Sequence record: ON711395.1 | Source of the DNA: Escherichia phage brachmannus | Strand: one strand, 5' to 3' | DNA: 51,540 nucleotides | Translations under genes and position numbers: made by a program | The notes under the pieces: model-generated | Seen by the model: the letters and a program-made list of their open reading frames with translations, nothing else | What the model was told of the DNA's origin: nothing | The model's database searches: none | Shown here: piece after piece, positions 36,629-45,473 of the stretch | Layout of the letters: each line of letters begins with the position of its first letter | Position numbering within the stretch: position 1 is the first letter of the stretch

Positions 36629-38205
36629 CCCAGCAGTATTGGATTGACAAAAATAACACCATTAATCACGCAAACATAATTTCTTTCTTCCAGCATTGGC
36701 AGCAAGTGCCCCTCTATCCTCTTCATTACGCCAGCCTGACCAACGAAAGGTTTTACCTTTCTCGCTGATTCGTACAGGGCGCGAATATTCAGAATCCCTT
36801 TATTAGCCTTGCCGTGTCTAGTGATCAATTCAATCAATTTGCCCATTTCAGCATCATCACCAGCATAACCAGAAGCATTGGCGGCGCTAATGTATGTTTT
36901 GCTCAATTCCTGAAACATGATCAACGCCTCTTGCATTGTTTCCACGTCGATCTCTTTCGACTTCTGCGGGTATCCAGCAGGATTAAACCAGTTGCGGATA
37001 ACATGCAGGACGGAAGCAAGCCTGATCACCTGTTTATCCATTTTACCCAGCGCGCCGCGTAACATTGTATGAGAATACTTTCCGCCGTCTGCAAGATGCG
37101 GTTCCATATCCTGGCGAGCAATGTTGAGCACTCGCATAGCTGAACGGCTTATTTTCAGCGATATATTTGATTCGCTCATGATGTTATGCACCAATTGATA
37201 ATATTGGGCCTTCAATTCAGGATCCACCGCCTCATAGGTAGAATCACCATTTTCATCAATGAATGAGCGACGGCCTAAGAATGATCCCTCTCGGACCAAC
37301 AAAAAACGCTCACTAACACCGATGCCTCGCGATCCAGCGTCCATGATTCCGCTTATCGTTTCATCCTGGGCTATGACGCTCATACATCCAAGCGCGCGAA
37401 AACTCATATTATTGTCAGCATTAGCACGGGCAATTGATACGTGACCATTATCCCACGCCTTAAGCACTAACTCACTGTTAGTCTTCCTTTCGCTATTTGC
37501 ATAGGTCAAGCCTAACAGACTGTTAATACTTGTTGCTTCATCAGATATTACGGCAAAGTTACCTTGCTTGTTGTTGATTTTCGCCAAGCCTTCTGGAGTT
37601 GTATCTGAAACAGGAAAAGTTATATCACACATTTTTTCCAGCTTTTCCTCCAGATCCTCTTTTTCCTGGTATAGAGATTCCATATCAGCGCCGGATCTTT
37701 CGCTTTTCATCTCCTTTGCAAGACCTGCCAACTTTGCCTGTATTTTCTTTCTTTCCTTGCGGCGTTGCTCGTTGATCTTCTCAACTTCCGCAATCATCGG
37801 AGCAATAGCCATACTGTTGATTGCAGATTTACCAGTTGACGGCGGTTGGCTTGTAACGACGTAAAGCGCAGTCGGCTGATCGGTTCCGTGATAGTCAACC
37901 GTAAAGCGTCCAAGCATAGCGGCAGAAATGCAGCCGATAAAGTGCATGTAAGCCGATGATTCAGGGAATTGAACGGATCGCGCAATGCTGCGTGATAGCT
38001 TGCCGACAACATCAATATCATTACCAAGAGAAATAACGGGGTAGCGATCGTGGCCGCTATTTACATCCTTCACGTCGCCCCAAAAGCTGGACGACTGGCG
38101 ATAGCCGTTAGCCTGAATTGATACGCGAACTGGTGAAAGGTTCTGGCTTTCAGCCATAGCGATTATTTGCTGTGGAGTTAATTTGTTCGTTTCTAATGAA
38201 AACAT
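36625..38205 (-). CDS. P-loop ATPase, possible replication-associated helicase-like protein
   Basis: 526 aa; Walker A-like QPPSTGKSA and Walker B-like AVISDEATS. Confidence 0.4.
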   Translation of the reverse strand: MFSLETNKLTPQQIIAMAESQNLSPVRVSIQANGYRQSSSFWGDVKDVNSGHDRYPVISLGNDIDVVGKLSRSIARSVQFPESSAYMHFIGCISAAMLGRFTVDYHGTDQPTALYVVTSQPPSTGKSAINSMAIAPMIAEVEKINEQRRKERKKIQAKLAGLAKEMKSERSGADMESLYQEKEDLEEKLEKMCDITFPVSDTTPEGLAKINNKQGNFAVISDEATSINSLLGLTYANSERKTNSELVLKAWDNGHVSIARANADNNMSFRALGCMSVIAQDETISGIMDAGSRGIGVSERFLLVREGSFLGRRSFIDENGDSTYEAVDPELKAQYYQLVHNIMSESNISLKISRSAMRVLNIARQDMEPHLADGGKYSHTMLRGALGKMDKQVIRLASVLHVIRNWFNPAGYPQKSKEIDVETMQEALIMFQELSKTYISAANASGYAGDDAEMGKLIELITRHGKANKGILNIRALYESARKVKPFVGQAGVMKRIEGHLLPMLEERNYVCVINGVIFVNPILLG

Positions 38206-38257
38206 TCGTTAGCTTCTCCTTTGTGGGCCGTAAATTTTAACGGCCCAATACTACCCC

Positions 38258-38276
38258 GTTTTGTCAAAAAGTGCTA
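38258..38276 (-). promoter_or_regulatory. conserved motif variant (TTGACA form) + hairpin, minus strand
   Basis: minus strand TAGCACTTTTTGACAAAAC; overlaps stop of 38274 gene. Confidence 0.55.
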
Positions 38277-38495
38277 TTTGATCCGCTCTATTGCAACCAG
38301 AAGTCGATCAGGCTGGCGGTCGCTGTAGCATTCTCCTGCAATCCCATCCTTAAACGTAAAGTAAAGCGCCTTATGATATGAAAAACCAATCAGCCAACCT
38401 ACCGCCGTTTTTTTGATGGGCCTGACTATATCGCCAGGCTTGAAAGTCTTTGTGGTAGAATGCGTTACTTTGTAACGGTTTTCACTGTTTATCAC
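38274..38495 (-). CDS. hypothetical protein
   Basis: 73 aa, stop codon embedded in motif copy. Confidence 0.45.
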   Translation of the reverse strand: MINSENRYKVTHSTTKTFKPGDIVRPIKKTAVGWLIGFSYHKALYFTFKDGIAGECYSDRQPDRLLVAIERIK

Positions 38496-38878
38496 AGATA
38501 TTTGCCCTCAAACAGATAACAGCCGCCAGCAGAGAATCCGACCTCTTCACGGTACAGGTTCCAGCGGTCGCCGCACTCATCAAAAACATAACCCGCAACG
38601 CTTCCAAGCGGTCGCCCTTTCTCGATCTGGTATCGCTTGCCCTGCTTAAAGTGCTTTTTGCACGGCATGTTATGATCTACAAACGTGCAAAGAACGGTCT
38701 TTGTGTTAATTGCGCGGTAATCATCTCGGTTTGCTGGAAGCCAACGGCTACCCTTAACAAGCGTCTTAACCTGGAACTCTTCCACCTCGATCACATCATT
38801 ACTTCCTGCAATCTTCTGATAAACAGTTTTAAAACGGCCTTTCATCAATACGTTGGTTTCATTACAGATAACATTCAT
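38492..38878 (-). CDS. hypothetical protein
   Basis: 128 aa downstream of motif-hairpin cassette. Confidence 0.45.
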   Translation of the reverse strand: MNVICNETNVLMKGRFKTVYQKIAGSNDVIEVEEFQVKTLVKGSRWLPANRDDYRAINTKTVLCTFVDHNMPCKKHFKQGKRYQIEKGRPLGSVAGYVFDECGDRWNLYREEVGFSAGGCYLFEGKYL

Positions 38879-38932
38879 GATTAGATCTCCTTTGTTTGTT
38901 CGATGTGATTATGCCAGGTTTTTACACCTGGC

Positions 38933-38950
38933 TTTTAACAAAAAGTGCTA
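38933..38950 (-). promoter_or_regulatory. conserved motif + hairpin GCCAGGTG...CCTGGC + CATAAT, minus strand
   Basis: overlaps stop of methyltransferase-like gene; upstream of 38878 start. Confidence 0.6.
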
Positions 38951-39658
38951 TTTTGAGTTTGACTCAAAGACGGCGCGAGCAAAGCCGCGCGGAGTGAGGG
39001 AGCGGATCATCTTTGTGCGCGATGACTTGCCGCCAGTTTTGGCCCAGCCTGGATTATCTTTGTCTTCCTCTTTCGGCAGGATTAAAGCGCGCGGAGGAAT
39101 AACAAAGCCGTTGCCAGTCCAGAGGCACGTTCTCTTAAAGTAGCGATCCCGCGCCGGAATAATATCAGGGAAGTCGGGATGTTTATCATCTTCCGGCAGA
39201 TAGCCAGCGTAATCGCACGGATGGAACGTATAATCAGGCTTACGCCATAACGTTGACAACTTGCCAACCGGATTTTCGATCATGTAAGGAACACCGAAAT
39301 AATCAGCTATATCAGCCGCGATTCTGCAAGTGTCTGCGGCCTCATCCTGGAACGATGGATTCTCAAGGCGTTTTTTGGCCCAATGGCGAGATCCGCTATT
39401 TGCAAGGTCGGTGCAAGGAGGGAACGCCATAATAAAATCAGGATTGCCCCACTCATTATTGATTGCCTTAACATAAAAAGCATCATCAATCCAGACGTTA
39501 ACGTATTCGATATTCTCATGCTGTATGCGCACTGACTGGTAATCACCGTGATCGCCGCCGTCAGCATTAAAGCAAATGCACTTATATCCATTATCAGCCC
39601 AATCTTTAACGGCTTTACCAGATCCATCAAATAGGGAGAATATTAAACCTTTATACAT
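38948..39658 (-). CDS. C5-cytosine DNA methyltransferase-like protein (short, no obvious target-recognition domain)
   Basis: motifs LFDGSG (I), FPPC (IV), ENPVG (VI), GNGFV (X-like), SLTPRGFARAV C-terminal; ATG 39656-39658 with GAGGT RBS. Confidence 0.5.
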   Translation of the reverse strand: MYKGLIFSLFDGSGKAVKDWADNGYKCICFNADGGDHGDYQSVRIQHENIEYVNVWIDDAFYVKAINNEWGNPDFIMAFPPCTDLANSGSRHWAKKRLENPSFQDEAADTCRIAADIADYFGVPYMIENPVGKLSTLWRKPDYTFHPCDYAGYLPEDDKHPDFPDIIPARDRYFKRTCLWTGNGFVIPPRALILPKEEDKDNPGWAKTGGKSSRTKMIRSLTPRGFARAVFESNSK

Positions 39659-39668
39659 CGTCATTACC

Positions 39669-39893
39669 TCAAAACGGAAAACAGCGCGGACAACCAGGAT
39701 CGAAAACGCATCCACAATCATTAACAATCATAGTGGGATCTGCAAATATTGCGCTTGATTCAAGATCCATATCCATATCACCTAAAGCCTCATCAAGACT
39801 CTTAATTTTATATGCCACTTCAAGCGCCGCCTCTTTATTTAGTCCGGCATCTTCTGCCATTTGAAGGCGCTCAAAAAATCCGTCTTGACTCAT
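39669..39893 (-). CDS. hypothetical protein (Cys-rich C-terminus)
   Basis: 74 aa; CGC...CPRC pattern. Confidence 0.4.
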   Translation of the reverse strand: MSQDGFFERLQMAEDAGLNKEAALEVAYKIKSLDEALGDMDMDLESSAIFADPTMIVNDCGCVFDPGCPRCFPF

Positions 39894-40018
39894 CGCATAA
39901 TCCCCTTAATAACAGCCAAGATAATAGCCATGCCAGCAGCAGTAACCAAAAAACAAACCGCGCCAATAATCGAATAAAAAAAGAAATCAATAGCTTTATC
40001 TATCACTTTCCACCTCAT
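39890..40018 (-). CDS. small hydrophobic membrane protein (42 aa, not in ORF track)
   Basis: manual translation MRWKVIDKAIDFFFYSIIGAVCFLVTAAGMAIILAVIKGIMR; stop overlaps next gene start (ATGA); no clear RBS. Confidence 0.3.
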   Translation of the reverse strand: MRWKVIDKAIDFFFYSIIGAVCFLVTAAGMAIILAVIKGIMR

Positions 40019-40048
40019 TTAAAAGGCGGCAACACGCCGCCAGATTAA

Positions 40049-40276
40049 TTAAAGAGCGCGCCAGCTTTGAATATAGAAAGCGTTTTCTTCCAGTAATTCT
40101 TTTAACTGATCTTTATTGTATTTGCGCACCTTACCGCCTGGATGGATACCAATAAGATAGCCGCCTTTGCCCTCGGTGATAGTGATTTGGCTAATTCCAC
40201 AAGACTTATCAAGTTTTACAGCCACGCGGTGATGAGCGTCAATAGTTGACATAATGTTTAAAACTTTTGCTTTCAT
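40049..40276 (-). CDS. hypothetical protein
   Basis: 75-aa ORF followed by hairpin+T-run. Confidence 0.45.
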   Translation of the reverse strand: MKAKVLNIMSTIDAHHRVAVKLDKSCGISQITITEGKGGYLIGIHPGGKVRKYNKDQLKELLEENAFYIQSWRAL

Positions 40277-40384
40277 TTAAATATCCTCAATTGAAATATG
40301 AATGGCGTCGTGCTCTTTTTCCGTCGCCGACGTAATGGTAATTTGCAACCGCTACCATCCAGGCATTTTTGAAAATAAATAGCC

Positions 40385-40597
40385 TCATTTATTATTTTTC
40401 ATCTTAAATTTATGGCCTGGAACACCAGCACCAATATAGCCATCGTTGTATCCCATTAAATAAAGGCGAAGGCCATTATCTGAAATTACATGAGGATATT
40501 CTTTGAGATTTCCCATTAGCGGGTATTCTTTTCCGCGCGTAAATCTCCAAGTTGAGTCATAAGTTTCTACGCATTTAAGTTTTAATTGCTTTGCCAT
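40385..40597 (-). CDS. hypothetical protein
   Basis: 70 aa; TAATG overlap with upstream gene. Confidence 0.45.
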   Translation of the reverse strand: MAKQLKLKCVETYDSTWRFTRGKEYPLMGNLKEYPHVISDNGLRLYLMGYNDGYIGAGVPGHKFKMKNNK

Positions 40598-40794
40598 TAG
40601 ATGATCTCCATGTATGTTTCAAAGCCATTTAACTTGAACAGGTCGTTTTCACATTTGCGAACGTTCCAAGTTAGCCCTGAGTGGTACGCCTCCATATCAT
40701 CAAGGTCAATGGTGATTTCAGCACCTTTCTTAAACAAACCTTTTTCGTGAGACTTGTCGCGCTTAACAACTTTAACATCAACCTGATTTTCCAT
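40597..40794 (-). CDS. hypothetical protein
   Basis: 65 aa. Confidence 0.45.
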   Translation of the reverse strand: MENQVDVKVVKRDKSHEKGLFKKGAEITIDLDDMEAYHSGLTWNVRKCENDLFKLNGFETYMEII

Positions 40795-40848
40795 CTTTAA
40801 ATCCTCGTTTGTTGTCGATGCGCTTACTATACCAATCAGCAGCGCATC

Positions 40849-40868
40849 GTTTTTAACAAAAAGTGCTA
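40849..40868 (-). promoter_or_regulatory. conserved motif + 8-bp hairpin + TATAGT, minus strand
   Basis: minus strand TAGCACTTTTTGTTAAAAAC then CGATGCGC...GCGCATCG. Confidence 0.6.
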
Positions 40869-40869
40869 T

Positions 40870-41133
40870 TTAGTCCAGAAATTCGATTTCACGCTCTCCA
40901 GTTAACGGATCTACAAGCCAGAATCCGAGCGGTTCGCCGTGCATACCGCCATAGAATCCAAGCGCCGCCAGATCTTCACCTTTAACAAATACCAGGTTTC
41001 CGCTACGGCTTACGTGAGACACGTTAACGATAACCGGAAATGTGCGATCCTTAAATTCGGGCCGCAGGGCGTAACACCCGTTATTGAGCAAGCGTGCTTT
41101 GCGCTTAACTGGAATAGGTGCATTAATTTTCAT
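40870..41133 (-). CDS. hypothetical protein
   Basis: 87 aa; stop embedded in motif copy. Confidence 0.45.
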   Translation of the reverse strand: MKINAPIPVKRKARLLNNGCYALRPEFKDRTFPVIVNVSHVSRSGNLVFVKGEDLAALGFYGGMHGEPLGFWLVDPLTGEREIEFLD

Positions 41134-41359
41134 GGTTATTACTCCTTATCGTAAAGATTTAAAGACGTATAGTTTATTTCGGTAACTATATATCCGCATT
41201 GTTATTTCTCGCAGCGCAATATATTCCTTCCTGTTTTCCGGAAGACTGGCGAGCAACAACAGGCAGTATTTATAAGCGCGGTCAAGATTCCTTTCCGTGC
41301 CCCTGCAATATCCCTTGTTGCGCCTGGAGCGGTACAGCCATAACAATTTCTTGAACATT

Positions 41360-41569
41360 TCAGATACGCCCATACAGATCGCAAACTTCGTTGATAAAAC
41401 AGCGTTGAGACTCTTTATCCTGCTTCTCAAAAATTGCGCGGCATTCAAACTTAAGATTATGCACGATGACTACAACCATATTTTCAGGCATTGAGCGGTT
41501 ATAGCGTCGCGCGTCAGTGATTAAAACATCCATACCCATCTCATGTGCTTTCTTGATCACATCCAACAT
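41360..41569 (-). CDS. hypothetical protein
   Basis: ATG with GGAGAAG RBS; alternative overlapping ORF 41146-41448 judged less likely. Confidence 0.35.
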   Translation of the reverse strand: MLDVIKKAHEMGMDVLITDARRYNRSMPENMVVVIVHNLKFECRAIFEKQDKESQRCFINEVCDLYGRI

Positions 41570-41823
41570 TTTTTCTTCTCCTGCAATAAGCAAACATCAT
41601 TGATAAAATCAGCACGGCCCTTAATGTTGCTGATGTGGAACGTCTTTTCAGCGTACAGGCCATCACCTTCAATCACGATCATTACGCGAGTCGGTTTATT
41701 CACTGGCGCACACGAAAAGAGTGGTCGCGCCGGAAGAAATTTAGTGGTCACATCCAGGTTAGCCCTGGCGGCCCTGCAAAACGCCTCCGCCAGATCCAAA
41801 TCATTTTCGGTAATCACCGCCAT
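41557..41823 (-). CDS. hypothetical protein
   Basis: 88 aa. Confidence 0.45.
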   Translation of the reverse strand: MAVITENDLDLAEAFCRAARANLDVTTKFLPARPLFSCAPVNKPTRVMIVIEGDGLYAEKTFHISNIKGRADFINDVCLLQEKKKCWM

Positions 41824-42095
41824 TACTTTTTGATCTCCTTACTGATAAATTTCAGCACCTGGCGCAAGAAAACTTCGTTGTTGATAGTCGCTGGCAATTC
41901 TTCTTTCACTTCTTGCGGCAGATAGATATTGCCGTGCCAGGTCAAGCAATCGTAGTTGATACGATAAGAGCAAAGCCACTCGCAATCGTTATCTGCTTCC
42001 CAAATGCAGAGTTGCAGAACATCGCCAAAATCTTCAACAGTCAGATCCAGACCGTGACGCTTAGCGAAATTGAAAGTGGTTTTGCTGATGTTCAT
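41823..42095 (-). CDS. hypothetical protein (first gene of minus-strand early block)
   Basis: 90 aa downstream of motif-hairpin cassette. Confidence 0.45.
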   Translation of the reverse strand: MNISKTTFNFAKRHGLDLTVEDFGDVLQLCIWEADNDCEWLCSYRINYDCLTWHGNIYLPQEVKEELPATINNEVFLRQVLKFISKEIKK

Positions 42096-42154
42096 TTACT
42101 ATCTCCTGAGCGGTTCGTTTCGATGTGTGTAATGTACCCGATCAGGCGGCCTGA

Positions 42155-42173
42155 TTTTTAACAAAAAGTGCTA
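42155..42173 (-). promoter_or_regulatory. conserved motif + hairpin, minus strand, upstream of first minus-strand early gene
   Basis: minus strand TAGCACTTTTTGTTAAAAATCAGGCCGCCTGAT. Confidence 0.55.
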
Positions 42174-42713
42174 TTTGACGGTTAGCACCAGGATTGTGAT
42201 CGAAATAATCAAAAGTAATCATTCGTAATCAAATCACGTCAAAATGATGATTGCCTTTGCAAATTTGATGAGAAAAGTAATCACGTTTAATCATTGGTTG
42301 CAGGGGAGATAGTGAAACCTTCCCCTCTTGCCTCACTTTTCCGCCCGGCTGTCAGTGGTTGTTATGTTCCGTTCCCGCCTGTTCTTTTGTTGACCTTCCG
42401 CAAAATACGATAACAAAAAATAACAAACAGTACCTATATAATACATTGAAAAATAAGTATTATTTATTTATATGTATCTATATATTCTCTTTTGTTATCT
42501 TGGTTATTGTGGTATTTGGTGGGGTATATAGTTTTTGTGTATCTGTATGTGTGTATGGGTATGTAGGGGGCATATATATCTATATGGCACTTTCCGCGAG
42601 AAAACTTCGATAACAGGCAATGATAACATTGATTTATAAGGAAAAATAACGCCCATATTGTTATTGTGCCACCATATAAAATTGATAAAACACGCGGGAA
42701 CAAGAAAAAACAG

Positions 42714-42742
42714 TTGACACATTAAATAGCATTATTGATAAT
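42714..42742 (+). promoter_or_regulatory. sigma70-like promoter TTGACA-17-GATAAT upstream of plus-strand early array
   Basis: consensus -35 and good -10 about 30 nt upstream of AGGAGG RBS of 42772 gene. Confidence 0.6.
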
Positions 42743-42771
42743 GCCGACACCTAACAACCAGGAGGTAGAAA

Positions 42772-43236
42772 ATGAGCGAGCAATCATTCACTGACACGCT
42801 GCGCCGTGCAGCTATTATGCTGGCTAATGGCGAGGAAGAGACGATCAAGATTCCTGACGCGTATTTGCAGGTCCACATGTTCGGTAAGAAGTCGGCAAGC
42901 AATCCGGCGGCCTACATTCGCCAGATCATGAGTCGAGTGCCAGAAGTCGCCGAGCGGGGGCGCGTATCCGTTACCCGTGGCGTTTACGGGCCGGAAGATG
43001 AAAACTTCGGTAGCACTTTCTACGAGGTGCGGATTGTTGAAGGCCGTCGCAAGGTTTACAACAAAGAGGCACTGGAAAAGGCAGTGCGCCAGGCTAAGCG
43101 CAAGGTTGCAGAGGCGATCATTGATATGTCACCAAACCTGGCAAACTATGCGCCGGAAGAGTACGAAACATTATCAAAGGCCGTCGCTGACTTTCACGCG
43201 ATGATCAAAAAAACTTTCCTGGAGGATGAGCAATGA
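42772..43236 (+). CDS. hypothetical protein (first plus-strand early gene)
   Basis: 154 aa, AGGAGG RBS, downstream of TTGACA-17-GATAAT promoter. Confidence 0.55.
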   Translation: MSEQSFTDTLRRAAIMLANGEEETIKIPDAYLQVHMFGKKSASNPAAYIRQIMSRVPEVAERGRVSVTRGVYGPEDENFGSTFYEVRIVEGRRKVYNKEALEKAVRQAKRKVAEAIIDMSPNLANYAPEEYETLSKAVADFHAMIKKTFLEDEQ

Positions 43237-43505
43237 AAAAGGCATTAATCAGCGTTTTGGCGGCAATGGCATTCCTGACCGGATGCAAAGAAGATGGCGC
43301 GCATGTTGGCAATGTGCAGATGGCTAACCCTGGCGATGACTACAGCGTAAGGGAGCTATTCACCGCTGACGGTTGCACCGTTTACCGATTCTATGACGAT
43401 CGCACTGTTTACTTCACCAACTGTAAGGGCACGACTATCTGGGAAGTGTCGAAAAGCAATGGCAAAGGCACGAAGACAGAACATATGACCGTCGAGACAA
43501 AATAG
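43233..43505 (+). CDS. small lipoprotein
   Basis: signal peptide with lipobox LTGC. Confidence 0.5.
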   Translation: MKKALISVLAAMAFLTGCKEDGAHVGNVQMANPGDDYSVRELFTADGCTVYRFYDDRTVYFTNCKGTTIWEVSKSNGKGTKTEHMTVETK

Positions 43506-43521
43506 CACTTTTTGTTAAAAC
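43503..43521 (+). promoter_or_regulatory. conserved motif + hairpin GCCAGGC-GCAAA-GCCTGGC + ATAAT
   Basis: overlaps stop TAG of lipoprotein gene. Confidence 0.6.
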
Positions 43522-43577
43522 GCCAGGCGCAAAGCCTGGCATAATAGCCTCATCGAAACGAGATTGAGGAAACAAAA

Positions 43578-43763
43578 ATGGCACGTCGCATCACCAAAGA
43601 CCTTAAAGTCCTGAACAAAGAAAACGTAGTTAAAATCCTGGTTATCTGGGGCTACAACGAAGAAACAGCAAAGCAGAAGGTAGAGGCAGGTTATGACCTG
43701 GCTGTAAAAGCAATGCCAAACGATGACGCCAAAGGCATTGCAAACTATGTAGCGTTCTTTTAA
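43578..43763 (+). CDS. hypothetical protein
   Basis: 61 aa with RBS, after motif-hairpin cassette. Confidence 0.45.
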   Translation: MARRITKDLKVLNKENVVKILVIWGYNEETAKQKVEAGYDLAVKAMPNDDAKGIANYVAFF

Positions 43764-43778
43764 TTAGCAGGTGAATAG

Positions 43779-43964
43779 ATGAAAACGAAATTAGTCCATA
43801 AATCAGAAATCAAGATCGGCGATACTGTGATTCACAACGGCGAGCTTAGAACGGTTGGCAAGGAGTCAATAAGCCACGATGAATTTATGGGGATCTTGTT
43901 GTTCGGTGACTCTTATCGTCTTGGTTACAAGATGGTTGAGCTTGTGGAAGATGTCAAATTCTAA
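43779..43964 (+). CDS. hypothetical protein
   Basis: 61 aa. Confidence 0.45.
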   Translation: MKTKLVHKSEIKIGDTVIHNGELRTVGKESISHDEFMGILLFGDSYRLGYKMVELVEDVKF

Positions 43965-43965
43965 A

Positions 43966-43984
43966 TAGCACTTTTTGTTAAAAC
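43966..43984 (+). promoter_or_regulatory. conserved motif + CATAAT
   Basis: follows stop TAA; CATAAT 22 bp after TTGTTA. Confidence 0.55.
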
Positions 43985-44062
43985 TCTAAAACGATAACCA
44001 GGCATAATAAATCACATAGGGCGGCACGGCGTCGCCCACAAAACCAATCAGGAGAAAGCACC

Positions 44063-44323
44063 ATGTTAAAACTTGCTGACATTAAATTCCAGATCACCTT
44101 CGAATCTCGCGGCATTGGTCATTACATTTTTACCGATGAAAAAACATGCCATAAGGTTGATATGAATAGCGACAAACTAAGCCCATCAGACATGGAGATT
44201 GAACACTTCATTGATGCGCACAATACGCAGTACAACGCACTTAAAGACTATGGCTATGCAATGCCAGGATATACCAGCTTCCACTACAAGCCATATAAAG
44301 GCCAGGTGTTGCCAGTGCGCTAA
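44063..44323 (+). CDS. hypothetical protein
   Basis: 86 aa. Confidence 0.45.
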   Translation: MLKLADIKFQITFESRGIGHYIFTDEKTCHKVDMNSDKLSPSDMEIEHFIDAHNTQYNALKDYGYAMPGYTSFHYKPYKGQVLPVR

Positions 44324-44344
44324 CCGGAACGCGCAGAGATTCCG

Positions 44345-44956
44345 ATGGTCGAGATGAAAACATGCGACTACAAAAAGCTGTGGTGCTTAAGTGTGGACAA
44401 TATCAAGTATCCGATCACGTTCTACACGGTTGGTAATTCAACGATTCGATTCACATCGCGCGACAATGGCGTTTATAGCGATGGTACGAAATCAGAGTTG
44501 AAAGTTGATTTCTTTGTCAACGGTCACAATAGATACAATCCGCACAACGAAAAAGATAAAGTGTATTACGTGGAAGACATTACAAAACACTTGTTTGGAG
44601 AAACTCCATTCGGCGGCGGTAAGACGTCAATTCAAAAAATCATTGGCGATGAGATCCACAAAGCGGCTGCCGAAATGAAAGCGCCTGGAGGCTGGCGCAT
44701 TGACAAGAGCGCATTTGCAAATCAAGAAATCGTAACGCAGGGCGCAATTGAAGATATGCCAGTTGCAGCCACTCTAAAAGGAGTCCGGCTTGATGACGGC
44801 ACCTGGTATGAAGTAACGGCTACACCAAAGACGATCGAGATTCATGATGACGTTGTTATCCTTCTGCTTCACTACGGCGGCTATAAAAACCGGACGATTG
44901 CAGGTGAGACCAGCATTAAGCGCGGAACGATGGTTAAGTGGAAGGTGAAGATTTGA
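44345..44956 (+). CDS. hypothetical protein
   Basis: 203 aa. Confidence 0.5.
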   Translation: MVEMKTCDYKKLWCLSVDNIKYPITFYTVGNSTIRFTSRDNGVYSDGTKSELKVDFFVNGHNRYNPHNEKDKVYYVEDITKHLFGETPFGGGKTSIQKIIGDEIHKAAAEMKAPGGWRIDKSAFANQEIVTQGAIEDMPVAATLKGVRLDDGTWYEVTATPKTIEIHDDVVILLLHYGGYKNRTIAGETSIKRGTMVKWKVKI

Positions 44957-45032
44957 GTTTGCTCACTGCGGCGCACGTCGCCGCATGGATCGGATTGTTT
45001 TCCTACCTGTTTAGCTTTTATTTAGGTGAGAG

Positions 45033-45176
45033 ATGGCTACCTGGATTTTGCTGATTCTTATGATTGATGGCGGCGTTGACCATATCGAAATGAATAGCCA
45101 GCAATCTTGCATTGAGGCACGAGAGCAGATCAAGAACAACAACAGGTTTTATGCGTACACTCACACGCTATGTATT
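45033..45176 (+). CDS. small hydrophobic protein (47 aa, not in ORF track)
   Basis: manual translation MATWILLILMIDGGVDHIEM...; GGTGAGAG RBS-like upstream. Confidence 0.3.
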
Positions 45177-45180
45177 AAGA

Positions 45181-45199
45181 AATAGCACTTTTTGTTAAA
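45181..45199 (+). promoter_or_regulatory. conserved motif + hairpin with TATAAT in loop
   Basis: GGCCAGGTATAATGGCC. Confidence 0.6.
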
Positions 45200-45254
45200 A
45201 CTCAAATGTGGGGCCAGGTATAATGGCCTCACTTTCAACGAAGGAGATAAAACG

Positions 45255-45473
45255 ATGTACATTAAAAAGAAGATGAAATGCGTTTCCGTTAACTACGCTT
45301 GCTCTGGCATGTTCAAGCCTGGCGAAATCTATACGGCGCAAAAACTGAAATCATCAACCGGATCTTTTTACGTGAGCAATAGTAAGGGGCATCGCATGTT
45401 CCTGAACGGCGGCGAAGGCACTAAGGTTATGGCACACGCTATGGTAATGGCTGAATTTGAGGAGGTGAAATAA
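45255..45473 (+). CDS. hypothetical protein (paralog of next gene)
   Basis: ATG 45255 with AAGGAG RBS; shares LNGGEGT...AEFEEV pattern with 45473-45706. Confidence 0.5.
   Translation: MYIKKKMKCVSVNYACSGMFKPGEIYTAQKLKSSTGSFYVSNSKGHRMFLNGGEGTKVMAHAMVMAEFEEVK

Larger units (their letters stand above)
42096..42771. promoter_or_regulatory. AT-rich divergent control region 2
   Basis: about 670 bp non-coding between divergent early blocks; shares GGGAACAAGAAAAA block and TGTGG/TTGG-rich tract with region 1. Confidence 0.5.

Noticed and set aside
41146-41448. ORF 41146-41448 (minus strand, 100 aa) and ORF 41202-41384
   Set aside because: They overlap each other and the better-supported ORF 41360-41569 in different frames; the products are low-complexity and Arg/Leu/Tyr-rich, and no RBS was found. 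The region may contain a short unrecognised gene.
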